Assembly: GCF_001644705.1 (NCBI RefSeq)
Contig: NZ_CP015137.1
Coordinates: forward strand, 2,280,001-2,312,000
Direction of reading: 5' to 3'
Length of the DNA stretch: 32,000 nt
Origin: Dickeya solani IPO 2222
GTDB taxonomy: Bacteria; Pseudomonadota; Gammaproteobacteria; Enterobacterales; Enterobacteriaceae
Made by a program: the position numbers and the translations under genes. Under the pieces are notes generated by a model. That model did not search any database and had not been told where the DNA came from. It worked only from the letters and a program-made list of their open reading frames with translations. The number at the start of each line of letters is the position of its first letter. Positions within the stretch are counted from its first letter, which is position 1. Positions 9,780 through 17,821 of the stretch are shown here, piece by piece.

Positions 9780-11304
9780 AGCGTTTGCCTTTGTCGAGCG
9801 CCTGCCGGGTGACATGTTGGCGGTCCAGCTTGCTGTTGTGGTTGAGCGTGGCATCATCCACCGGGTACCAGAATTTGGGCACCATATAGAGCGGGAAGTA
9901 GCGGCGCAGATAAGCCGTCAGCGCCGGGAAAATATCCGTCTGGCCGGACAGGATAAACGCCTGCAATCCCTGCGGCGTGCCGTGCAACAGCCAGGGGGTG
10001 ACGATGGCGTCCTGTACCTGCGGGTGTTCGCGCAGCGCGTTTTCGATGTCGCTGAGGACGATGCGGTAGCCCTGAATTTTCAGTTCGCTGTCTTCCCGGC
10101 CATGAAAATAGAGCAGGTTATTTTGCAGCGAACCGATGTCGCCGGTGCGGTAGCTGCGCGTACCGTCGGGCTCGATGACGAAACGTGCCTGCTGGACGGG
10201 CGGTGCGTTCAGGTAGCCCTCGCCGACCGCTGGGCCGGCAATGACGATTTCCCCGCGTTCGCTGTTCGCCGGGGCATTGATGCGCAGTTCGACGCCGGGG
10301 CGTACATAGCCCAGCGGCAGCGGCGCGTCGTCATCGAGCATGGCGGGGATGATGTCGCAGGCGGTGACGGCGACCGTACACTCCGTCGGGCCGTAGGTAT
10401 TGACGATACGACAGCCGGGAAACGCCTGCCACAGGGCGCTGACGATTTCCTTCGTCAGCACTTCGCCGCAAAAGATAAAGGTGTTCAGCCGCGGCAGGTT
10501 GTCCTGACGGAACGTCCGATCTCTCAGATAATTACGAGTCAGCGCCGGAGTGCTGACCCAGGTTTGCACCCCGGCATCGGCATGACGGGCGATCATCTTG
10601 CGGGTATTGATGATGTCGCGGTAATCCAGCACCGAAAGCGGCTGACGATAATGCCACGCCAGCCACAGCTCGTACTGGGAGACGTCGAAGCAGTAGCGAA
10701 TGTTGCCGCTGATCGGGCCGGGGGCGGGAAACGCGTCGGCCGCCCAGCGAACAAAATGCGCCAGATTGGCATAGCTCACCCGAATGCCTTTGGGGGCGCC
10801 GGTGGTGCCGGAGGAAAACATGATGTAGGCCATGCCGCTGATCGTGCCCCGGCCGAACGCCAGCCCCATCTGGTGACAATGGTCGGTCAGTCGGGGAGCG
10901 AGCATATCACCTAATGCCGTTGACACCGTCAGTGCGGGAATGTCGATATCTGGTGCCGCCTGCCCGGTGGCGTTGAGCAACAGCCCGGCCTGGATGCTGT
11001 CGGCGATAAAGCGCAGGCGTTCGTCGCTGTTGTCGGTTTCCACCGGCGCCACCGGATGACCGGTCAGCAGGCAGGCCCACCAGGCGATCAGGCAGGTCGG
11101 ATGCTTGTGGCCGTACAGCAGCACCGGCGCGCGCTGGCGATACCCGCTGGCTTCATGATGCGCCTGCAACCGAGCCGCCAGCGCCAGCGCCCCCTGATAA
11201 AGCTGGTGATAGGTCAGGTCGCCTTCGGTGTGATGACAGGCGGGAGTGTGTACGCCGTCAAACCGGGCGAACACGGTGGTCAGGTACTGCCACGACGCGA
11301 TCAT
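9760..11304 (-). CDS. vfmO: Stand-alone amino-acid adenylation enzyme (DltA/NRPS A-domain-like)
   Basis: 'FSSGTTGAPKGI', 'YGPTECT', 'YRTGD', 'GREDSELKIQGYRIVLSDIE' and 'NSKLDRQ'. The ATG at 11304 forms an ATGA overlap with the carrier-protein stop. The symbol is tentative. Confidence 0.85.
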   Translation of the reverse strand: MIASWQYLTTVFARFDGVHTPACHHTEGDLTYHQLYQGALALAARLQAHHEASGYRQRAPVLLYGHKHPTCLIAWWACLLTGHPVAPVETDNSDERLRFIADSIQAGLLLNATGQAAPDIDIPALTVSTALGDMLAPRLTDHCHQMGLAFGRGTISGMAYIMFSSGTTGAPKGIRVSYANLAHFVRWAADAFPAPGPISGNIRYCFDVSQYELWLAWHYRQPLSVLDYRDIINTRKMIARHADAGVQTWVSTPALTRNYLRDRTFRQDNLPRLNTFIFCGEVLTKEIVSALWQAFPGCRIVNTYGPTECTVAVTACDIIPAMLDDDAPLPLGYVRPGVELRINAPANSERGEIVIAGPAVGEGYLNAPPVQQARFVIEPDGTRSYRTGDIGSLQNNLLYFHGREDSELKIQGYRIVLSDIENALREHPQVQDAIVTPWLLHGTPQGLQAFILSGQTDIFPALTAYLRRYFPLYMVPKFWYPVDDATLNHNSKLDRQHVTRQALDKGKRYVFVSS

Positions 11305-11609
11305 GCACAAGGGACACCGTGCTCCAGCTGCGAGTGAATGAAACGGCCGAGCGAGTCGATGGTGCTGAGCTGCTGGCTGTCCAGCGTTACCGGGTCGATG
11401 GATAAGCCTTCGATCATCTCTTCCAGATACATCATCAGCTCGATGAAAATGCCGCTCTCGAACCCTAAATCCCGCTCCAGATCGGTGTGCGGATGCAGTT
11501 CCGACAGGTCGTCGGTTTCCAGCACCATGCCGATCGCCGTGACGATCTTCTGGTAATAAAAGTCCGGGCGGTAGCCGGTGTTGGACGCGTAATCAGTATG
11601 CAATGACAT
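11301..11609 (-). CDS. Small carrier protein (ACP/PCP-like, 102 aa)
   Basis: 'DLGFESGIFIELMMYLEE' resembles the LGxDS phosphopantetheine attachment helix. The size and the position between adenylating enzymes fit. Confidence 0.65.
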   Translation of the reverse strand: MSLHTDYASNTGYRPDFYYQKIVTAIGMVLETDDLSELHPHTDLERDLGFESGIFIELMMYLEEMIEGLSIDPVTLDSQQLSTIDSLGRFIHSQLEHGVPCA

Positions 11610-11614
11610 CGACG

Positions 11615-13198
11615 TTACTCCATCAGACCGGGTTGCGGGCAGACCTGAGCCGTTGCGCCCGCCGTCAGTTGTTCCTGCAGCAGTGAACGGTTGATTTTGC
11701 CGTTAGGGTTCAGCGGCAGTTGCGACATCAACCGGAAGCGGTGCGGCACCATGTGCGACTCCATCTGGGTTTTGCTCCAGCGCGACAGCGCCTTCTCGTT
11801 GAGATCGCCGCGGGTAACCACGCAGGCGATGATTTCGTCGCCGTAAATCGGGTGCGGTACGCCGAGTACCACCGCCTGCACGACTTGCGGGTGGCGGTTG
11901 AGCACGGCTTCCACCTCTTTCGGCGCCACTTTTTCGCCGCAGCTTTTCAGCATTTCGTCCCGACGGCCGACGAAATAGAGCAACCCTTGTTCGTCCAGCC
12001 GACAGATGTCGCCGGTGTACAGCACCCGCTCGCCCGGCAGCAGGCCGGGGCGCAGCTTTTCGGCGCTCTTCTCTTCATTGCGCCAGTAGCCGCACATGAC
12101 GGTCGCACCGCGGATCACCAGTTCGCCGGTGGCGTCGCGGGTATGGCGCTGGCCGTTGTCGTCCACCACCCACAGTTCGGTGTTGGGAATGGCGATACCG
12201 ACGCTTTGCGGGTGGGTGGCGAGGTATTCCGGCGGCAGGTAAGTGCAGCGGTGGCACTCGGTCAGCCCGTACATCGAGTAGATATGCGCCTGTGGAAAGA
12301 TGGTGTGCAATTGATCGATATCGCCGGCATGCAGCGCGGCGGCGGTGTTGGTCACGGTGCGGATGGCGCCGAAGTTATAGCGGGACGCCAGCGGCGCGAT
12401 CAGGCGTAGCATGGTCGGCACGATCGGCAGTACGGTGGCGCGCAGGGTGACCATGCGCTGCAATGACAGCAGCGGACGCCGGAAATCCGGTTCTACGATC
12501 AGCGTACACTGCGCCAGCGCCGACATGATCACCTGATACAGACCGTAATCGAAGCTCATCGGGATCATCGACATGATGCGGTCATCACTGCGCAGTTGTA
12601 GGTAACCGGCCACCGAACCGGCGGCAGTAATCATATTGCGCCGGCTCAGCATCACCCCTTTAGGATGGCCGGTCGAGCCGGAGGTATAGATGATGCAGGC
12701 CAGATCGAGGTCGATGCCCGTCGACTGCCGGTCGCGCTCGACGGAGATGCGATACGGTTCTTCCACCAGCGCGGCCGCCACGTCGTTGCTGAAAAAGACC
12801 CGGGTGTGGCGATTGTATTGTTGCCAGTGCTCGCCCGCCTGAGCGATGCCGATTTCGTCTTTCAGGGCGCGATCGGCAATCAGCAACCGGCAGCCGGCGT
12901 TGTCCACCAGCCAGCTCAGTTTGCCGGCTTTGGTGTCCGGGTTCAGCGGAATAAAGATCGCCCCCAGATACTGTAGCGCCCAGAAATAGAGCACGAACGT
13001 CAGTGAGTTCGGCAGGCAGACGATCACCCGGTCGCCTTTTTCCACCCCGTTTTCCCGCAGGTGGTCCGCCAATTGCCGGGCCTGCAGGCGCAGCATAAAC
13101 CAACTGACCTCGCGGTCGGTGTCGATGACCGCGGTTTTGTTGGCGGCTTCTTTGGCTGCCCGGTCGAGCCAGGCGGTCAGGTGGGTAATGTTCGTCAT
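11615..13198 (-). CDS. Acyl-CoA synthetase / fatty-acyl-AMP ligase family adenylate-forming enzyme
   Basis: 'YTSGSTGHPKGV', 'YGLTECH', 'YTGD', 'GRRDEMLKSCGEKVAPKEVE' and 'NPNGKINR'. Start moved to the ATG at 13198 ('MTNITHL'), which has SD 'AAGGA'. Confidence 0.9.
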   Translation of the reverse strand: MTNITHLTAWLDRAAKEAANKTAVIDTDREVSWFMLRLQARQLADHLRENGVEKGDRVIVCLPNSLTFVLYFWALQYLGAIFIPLNPDTKAGKLSWLVDNAGCRLLIADRALKDEIGIAQAGEHWQQYNRHTRVFFSNDVAAALVEEPYRISVERDRQSTGIDLDLACIIYTSGSTGHPKGVMLSRRNMITAAGSVAGYLQLRSDDRIMSMIPMSFDYGLYQVIMSALAQCTLIVEPDFRRPLLSLQRMVTLRATVLPIVPTMLRLIAPLASRYNFGAIRTVTNTAAALHAGDIDQLHTIFPQAHIYSMYGLTECHRCTYLPPEYLATHPQSVGIAIPNTELWVVDDNGQRHTRDATGELVIRGATVMCGYWRNEEKSAEKLRPGLLPGERVLYTGDICRLDEQGLLYFVGRRDEMLKSCGEKVAPKEVEAVLNRHPQVVQAVVLGVPHPIYGDEIIACVVTRGDLNEKALSRWSKTQMESHMVPHRFRLMSQLPLNPNGKINRSLLQEQLTAGATAQVCPQPGLME

Positions 13199-13211
13199 GG
13201 CGTATCCTTCA

Positions 13212-14120
13212 TCAGGCAGGAGGGCGGGTGAAAGGCCCATCGTGGCAAGGCTGGTAGTGCAACACACAGGCGGTAAGGTGACGCGATTCCGGCACCGCCA
13301 GCAGATAACGCCGGCCCGGCTGCGCATGGTGTTTCAGGTATACGAACGGGGCGGCGCACAGTAACGACTCCGCCACGGCCGTCGGTTGAAGTTCGGGAAA
13401 CGCGCCCTGCAGCGCCGTCATCAACGACGGGGAGCCCAGCAACGTCAGTGTGTCCGTCGTGGGCAGGCGCGAGAGCAACTGCCGCAGGGTTTCTATCGGG
13501 GCGCCGTTTTCGGCGTAAGGCTGGCGATAATACCCTTCAAATATCAGCCCGCTGGCCTGATGGGGCGGGCGTTTTTCTATCCGCATCAGGCAACAGTTCT
13601 TTTGGGGACGCAACTGCGCCAACCGCTCGCTGGGGTAAGGCGCCACGTCCTGATCGGCGATCATCAGCAACGCTTCGCGCCGGTTGTCATCGCTGGCCAG
13701 ATAGTCGTCGATGGCGTGCAGCGCAAACAGCGGCGCCGCCAGCCCGCGATCCGACACCGACAGCCCGAACGCCTGTCGGGCGTTGCAGGCGTGGATCAGC
13801 GCGTTGGATACCGCACAGCCGAGGTCGCTGTCCGGCGTCCAGTGGGCGAACATCACCAGATCAAGCTGCTGCAACGCATGACGCGCCTGCAATTCGGGCA
13901 GCAGCGCCTGCATCATCGCGGTAAAGGTGTGACGGCCGCTGTTAAGCCAGCGGGTCAGCAGGGCGTCGTCCGGCTCCAGCTTGTCATCGTGAGAACGGAA
14001 AAAGGCGCGCAGGTAATCCGCCATCAATGCCTGACTGGGATGCGGGGCCAGCAATGCGGCCTCGCTTTCGGGCGCAAAAGCGCGCCATACCAGGTCATCC
14101 GGCTGGATACACAACGTCAT
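13212..14120 (-). CDS. Conserved unknown protein; possible catalytic-Cys-less KS-like protein (paralogue of 2971-3828)
   Basis: The ATG at 14120 forms an ATGA overlap with the decarboxylase stop, so the 421-aa ORF-track call is over-extended. Contains the block 'SVSDRGLAAPLFALHAIDDYL'. Confidence 0.65.
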   Translation of the reverse strand: MTLCIQPDDLVWRAFAPESEAALLAPHPSQALMADYLRAFFRSHDDKLEPDDALLTRWLNSGRHTFTAMMQALLPELQARHALQQLDLVMFAHWTPDSDLGCAVSNALIHACNARQAFGLSVSDRGLAAPLFALHAIDDYLASDDNRREALLMIADQDVAPYPSERLAQLRPQKNCCLMRIEKRPPHQASGLIFEGYYRQPYAENGAPIETLRQLLSRLPTTDTLTLLGSPSLMTALQGAFPELQPTAVAESLLCAAPFVYLKHHAQPGRRYLLAVPESRHLTACVLHYQPCHDGPFTRPPA

Positions 14121-15442
14121 GGCGTATCCCCGCAGAGGTCGACCGGCTGTTGCCGGGCCAGCAGTTGTTCCGTGGTTTCCGGCTGGCGTATCAGCGTGAG
14201 GCGTCGACCGTCCACCATCACTTCCACCGGGTAACCGAAACTGAGGAACGAACCCGGCGACGCGGTTAGCCCGTAAGCACCGGAGTGGGTGATGCCGATC
14301 AGATCGTCGACCTCCAGCGTCGGCAACTGTACGTTGTCGCCCAGCAGATCGGTGGGCGTGCAAAGTGGCCCGCTGACCTGATAAGGCTGCAACGGCCGCC
14401 CCTGGTTGTCGCCCAGCCGCAATAACGGAAAGTTTTTGCGCAGCATGCTGTTCAGGCCAGCCGCCGCACTGTGACAATTGGCACCGCCATCGCAGACGGC
14501 GAACGTTTTCCCGCCGGCGGTTTTCAGGGTGTTGACCCGGGTGACGAACAGGCCGGCTTCCGCCACCAGATAACGCCCCAGTTCGATGATGATTTGCGTG
14601 TCGGCGGCCTGGCGACGGAAGTCCGCCACGATTGACGCGATGGCCTCGCCCAGCGCCGGCAGATCCAACGGCGCTTCTTTCGGAAAATAGGGGACGCCGA
14701 AACCGCCGCCGACATCGACGAAATCCAGCGTTAATTGGTACGTATCGCGCAGATCTAGCGCCAGTTGCAGGATATTACGGGTGTTGTCGGCGATGGCCTG
14801 AGCGTTAAGGATCCGGGTGCCCAGATAAACATGAAAACCGCGCAGGGAAACGGAGGGCCAACGGTGCAGGCTGGTCAGCACGGTATGCAGGGTATCCAGC
14901 GTCATGCCGAACTGGGTGGGTTTGCCGCTCATCACCAGCCGGGCGTGCTCGCTGCTGAAATCAGGGTTGATGCGTAGCGCCACCGTCTGCACGGTATTGG
15001 CCTGCGCGGCCAGCCGGTTGAGGTTATCCAGCTCCGCTACCGACTCCACCACTACTGCCCGAATACCGCAGTCAATGGCGAATTTCAGCGCAGGCAGGGA
15101 TTTTCCCGGCCCGACATACAGGATGTGCTGCGGCGAGACGCCCGCCGCCAGCGCGGTTTTCAGCTCGGCGGGCGAGCAGACCTCACACCCTGCTCCTTGT
15201 TCCCTCAGCGCTTTGACCACCGAAAGATTGGGATTGGCTTTCAGAGAATAATAAATCGCGGTTCCGGTTGGCAGTTGCTGGCGGAGTTGCTGAAGCTGGC
15301 GACGTAACTGGCGGGCGCTGTAAACATAGAAAGGCGTGTCGATGCGGTCGGCAATATCGGCAACAGATACTTCTTCTACATAGCCGTTGGCGAACAGCGA
15401 GCCTGCATCCGATTGGGAAAGGGGGTGAGCGGGGTCAGCCAT
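14117..15442 (-). CDS. PLP-dependent decarboxylase, Orn/DAP/Arg decarboxylase fold (LysA-like)
   Basis: 'YYSLKANP' (PLP lysine), 'DVGGGFGVPY', 'ELGRYLVAEAG' and 'CDGGAN'. The start overlaps the upstream carrier-protein gene by 8 nt. Confidence 0.9.
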   Translation of the reverse strand: MADPAHPLSQSDAGSLFANGYVEEVSVADIADRIDTPFYVYSARQLRRQLQQLRQQLPTGTAIYYSLKANPNLSVVKALREQGAGCEVCSPAELKTALAAGVSPQHILYVGPGKSLPALKFAIDCGIRAVVVESVAELDNLNRLAAQANTVQTVALRINPDFSSEHARLVMSGKPTQFGMTLDTLHTVLTSLHRWPSVSLRGFHVYLGTRILNAQAIADNTRNILQLALDLRDTYQLTLDFVDVGGGFGVPYFPKEAPLDLPALGEAIASIVADFRRQAADTQIIIELGRYLVAEAGLFVTRVNTLKTAGGKTFAVCDGGANCHSAAAGLNSMLRKNFPLLRLGDNQGRPLQPYQVSGPLCTPTDLLGDNVQLPTLEVDDLIGITHSGAYGLTASPGSFLSFGYPVEVMVDGRRLTLIRQPETTEQLLARQQPVDLCGDTP

Positions 15443-15746
15443 GATGAAGCCGCTCGCGCAGGAAACGCGTCAGACTGGTCAAATTCTGGAAGGCATCAAA
15501 AACGCGGTCGTCCGTCAGGTCGAACAGATCGCCGTTTAGGTTGTAGGCCGCTTCGCAGTGGTCGCTGAGTACGGCAATCAGAGTGACGATATTGATAGAA
15601 TCCAGTCGCCCCTCTTCGCCGAACAGTGGCGCTCCCTGAAAGATCTCGGCGATACGGCCGTTATCGACGCCAATCGCGGTGAGTTTGTCGCGCAGGAGGG
15701 TATACAACGTGTCATCATCATGATGAGTAATTACCGGATAATCCAT
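15435..15746 (-). CDS. Small carrier protein (ACP/PCP-like, 103 aa); first gene of the minus-strand operon
   Basis: 'GRLDSINIVTLIAVL' is an attachment-Ser motif. Start moved to the ATG at 15746 ('MDYPVI'), which has a strong SD 'AAGGGGAG'. Confidence 0.65.
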   Translation of the reverse strand: MDYPVITHHDDDTLYTLLRDKLTAIGVDNGRIAEIFQGAPLFGEEGRLDSINIVTLIAVLSDHCEAAYNLNGDLFDLTDDRVFDAFQNLTSLTRFLRERLHHG

Positions 15747-15880
15747 TCTACTCCCCTTATCTGTCTCTCTGACGGGAGTATAACCAGCGTTATTCAGGCG
15801 TTTTGTTTGAAATTGCATGCCAGCCGATGCGGGAGGACCAATATTGTCAGATCGGCGGTAAAATGGGCATAGTGTCTTCT

Positions 15881-15895
15881 GATAACTGCGTTATC
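15881..15895. promoter_or_regulatory. Perfect 6-3-6 palindrome GATAAC-TGC-GTTATC upstream of the biosynthetic operon
   Basis: Read directly. It lies about 135 bp upstream of the first operon gene, inside a roughly 720-bp divergent intergenic region. Confidence 0.25.
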
Positions 15896-16464
15896 GCGTT
15901 TTTTGTTCGAATGTTTCTATCATCGACATTCTGCTGGGAGCGTGTGCGAAATATAATAGGGTGTGATCTGAGCGTTCCGTCAGGTATAGCAGGCAACAGG
16001 GATATTCGAGGCATAGCAGAATGCAGAGCGAAAATAAACAGAGGGAGAAAATGACCTTTCTCTCTCCTGCGAACCTTGGAGGATAACAAGAGAGAGAAGG
16101 GCTAACAATATAGCGTTATTGCCCACCATACTGAGGGTTACAGATAGATTGGCCGCCTGCATTCACCTCCGTCACTGACTTATGCCAGCTTCCGGCGATT
16201 CACTGGGTTGCCGCCTTCCTGCTACCCGAATTATTTAGGGCATAGAATTAATAAACTAACAAATATTTCCCTGGTGTGCGCCAATTTGGCTTTCCGATCT
16301 TTAAAGCAGAACGGATGTTTTTATTTTTGTGTTTGATGTTATTTTTTGAAAATTCTAAGGATTTTGTATCGGGAAAGATAGTTAGACTTAGGTATAGGTT
16401 GATACTATACTTTCGTGCCGTTATGGTCGGGCTGAGCTGTCGCACGCGATTTTGGGAGAGTTGG

Positions 16465-17217
16465 ATGTCTATAACATTCTCTAACGTTGACTTCATCAAT
16501 AGCACAATACAAAACTATCTTAACCAAAAGTTAAAAAGTTATGGCGACCCCAAGTACGCCTATTTAATCATGAACAAGAAGAAACCGACGGATGTTGTGA
16601 TCATCTCCAACTATCCGACGGAGTGGGTTGATATTTACAGAAATAACAATTATCAGCATATTGACCCGGTGATTCTGACTGCTATCAACAAAATTTCCCC
16701 TTTCTCCTGGGATGATGAGCTGGTAATCAGTTCAAAACTGAAGTTTTCCAGAATATTCAATCTCTCCAAAGAATATGACATTGTTAATGGTTATACCTTT
16801 GTGTTGCACGATCCGGGTAACAATCTGGCCGCCTTGTCTTTCATGATTGAGGAACACCGCAGCGAAGAACTGGAAAAAATTGTTCAGAATAATAAAGATA
16901 AATTGCAAATGCTGTTGATTTCGGCCCATGAAAAACTCACCTCTCTTTACCGAGAGATGAGCAGAAACAGAAACAACAGTAAGTCGCAGGAAGCCGATCT
17001 TTTCTCACAAAGAGAAAACGAAATTCTCTACTGGGCAAGCATGGGAAAAACCTATCAGGAGATTGCGCTTATTCTCGGTATCACCACCAGTACAGTAAAA
17101 TTTCATATCGGCAACGTTGTGAAAAAACTGGGCGTGCTGAATGCCAAGCATGCTATCAGGCTCGGCGTTGAAATGAATCTGATCAAGCCAGTGGGACCAG
17201 CAAAGGCAAGGTCTTAA
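16465..17217 (+). CDS. expR: LuxR-family acyl-homoserine-lactone receptor ExpR
   Basis: 'MSITFSNVDFINSTIQNYL...' followed by an autoinducer-binding domain. C-terminal HTH 'ENEILYWASMGKTYQEIALILGITTSTVKFHIGNVVKKLGV'. Start at 16465 with SD 'GGGAGAG'; the ORF-track start at 16276 is over-extended. Confidence 0.95.
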   Translation: MSITFSNVDFINSTIQNYLNQKLKSYGDPKYAYLIMNKKKPTDVVIISNYPTEWVDIYRNNNYQHIDPVILTAINKISPFSWDDELVISSKLKFSRIFNLSKEYDIVNGYTFVLHDPGNNLAALSFMIEEHRSEELEKIVQNNKDKLQMLLISAHEKLTSLYREMSRNRNNSKSQEADLFSQRENEILYWASMGKTYQEIALILGITTSTVKFHIGNVVKKLGVLNAKHAIRLGVEMNLIKPVGPAKARS

Positions 17218-17821
17218 GCTGCTCGGGTTCGGCGTCTGTTATCTGTGTAATGCGTTCGATCAGCGCGTATCGACTTTCATCGTCAGTGGGCAGGTGCAGC
17301 AGATAGATTTTCTCCTGTTTTTCCGATAACCCTTGCTGAATGATGGAAATGCGCCAGCCTGAACGTTTTAACAAGGTCAGCATAGGGTGGCTGACAATGG
17401 TGAGTATCCCGTCATAATGGCATTTTCTGGCGTAATTGATCATGGCAAGAAATAATGTCAGACAAGCTGGGTTACGGGTGCCAATCAAATTTCTCACCCG
17501 ATCGCGGTCGACGAAAAACCGGCTAGATTCAATGTAATTTCCTTCGGGGATATTGAGACCGTCGAAATAAGAGAAAAATGTGCCAGTAATCATGTTGGGA
17601 TATTTAATTTCTATAAATCTGACACTGCAAATTATTTTTCCTTCCTTGACGCCTAACAAGTAGGTCGTATGTTCATTATCGTACTCGTCAAATTCCATCC
17701 CGTTAATACAGTTAACGGTCCAGTCCAGACGGTCCTTAAATGTCTCTTTGCGTAGTGTAAACACCTCATCCAGCTTGTTATTTGACATTAAGCTAAAACC
17801 TACATCAAATATTTCTAACAT
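17183..17821 (-). CDS. expI: LuxI-family acyl-homoserine-lactone synthase ExpI
   Basis: 'MLEIFDV...FTLRKETFKDRLDW...EFDEYD...SRFFV...TIVSHPMLTLLKRSGW'. ATG at 17821 with SD 'GGGGGA'. Confidence 0.95.
   Translation of the reverse strand: MLEIFDVGFSLMSNNKLDEVFTLRKETFKDRLDWTVNCINGMEFDEYDNEHTTYLLGVKEGKIICSVRFIEIKYPNMITGTFFSYFDGLNIPEGNYIESSRFFVDRDRVRNLIGTRNPACLTLFLAMINYARKCHYDGILTIVSHPMLTLLKRSGWRISIIQQGLSEKQEKIYLLHLPTDDESRYALIERITQITDAEPEQLKTLPLLVPLA

Noticed and set aside
9814-10914. 366-aa plus-strand ORF
   Set aside because: It is antisense to the adenylation-enzyme gene, which carries all core A-domain motifs. It is a shadow ORF.
11720-14234. Plus-strand ORFs at 11720-12409, 12665-12976, 13386-14234 and 13448-13924
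   Set aside because: All are antisense to motif-bearing minus-strand genes and have biased Arg/Ala/Gly composition. They are shadow ORFs.
13212-14477. 421-aa version of the minus-strand ORF (ORF-track start at 14477)
   Set aside because: The first roughly 119 codons overlap the 3' end of the PLP decarboxylase in another frame and are Arg/Gly/Ala-rich. The ATG at 14120 gives an ATGA coupling to the decarboxylase stop and matches the length of the paralogue at 2971-3828.
15803-16162. Short ORFs (60-83 aa) on both strands between the biosynthetic operon and expR
   Set aside because: They overlap one another and have no SD or motifs. The region is better explained as a long regulatory region.
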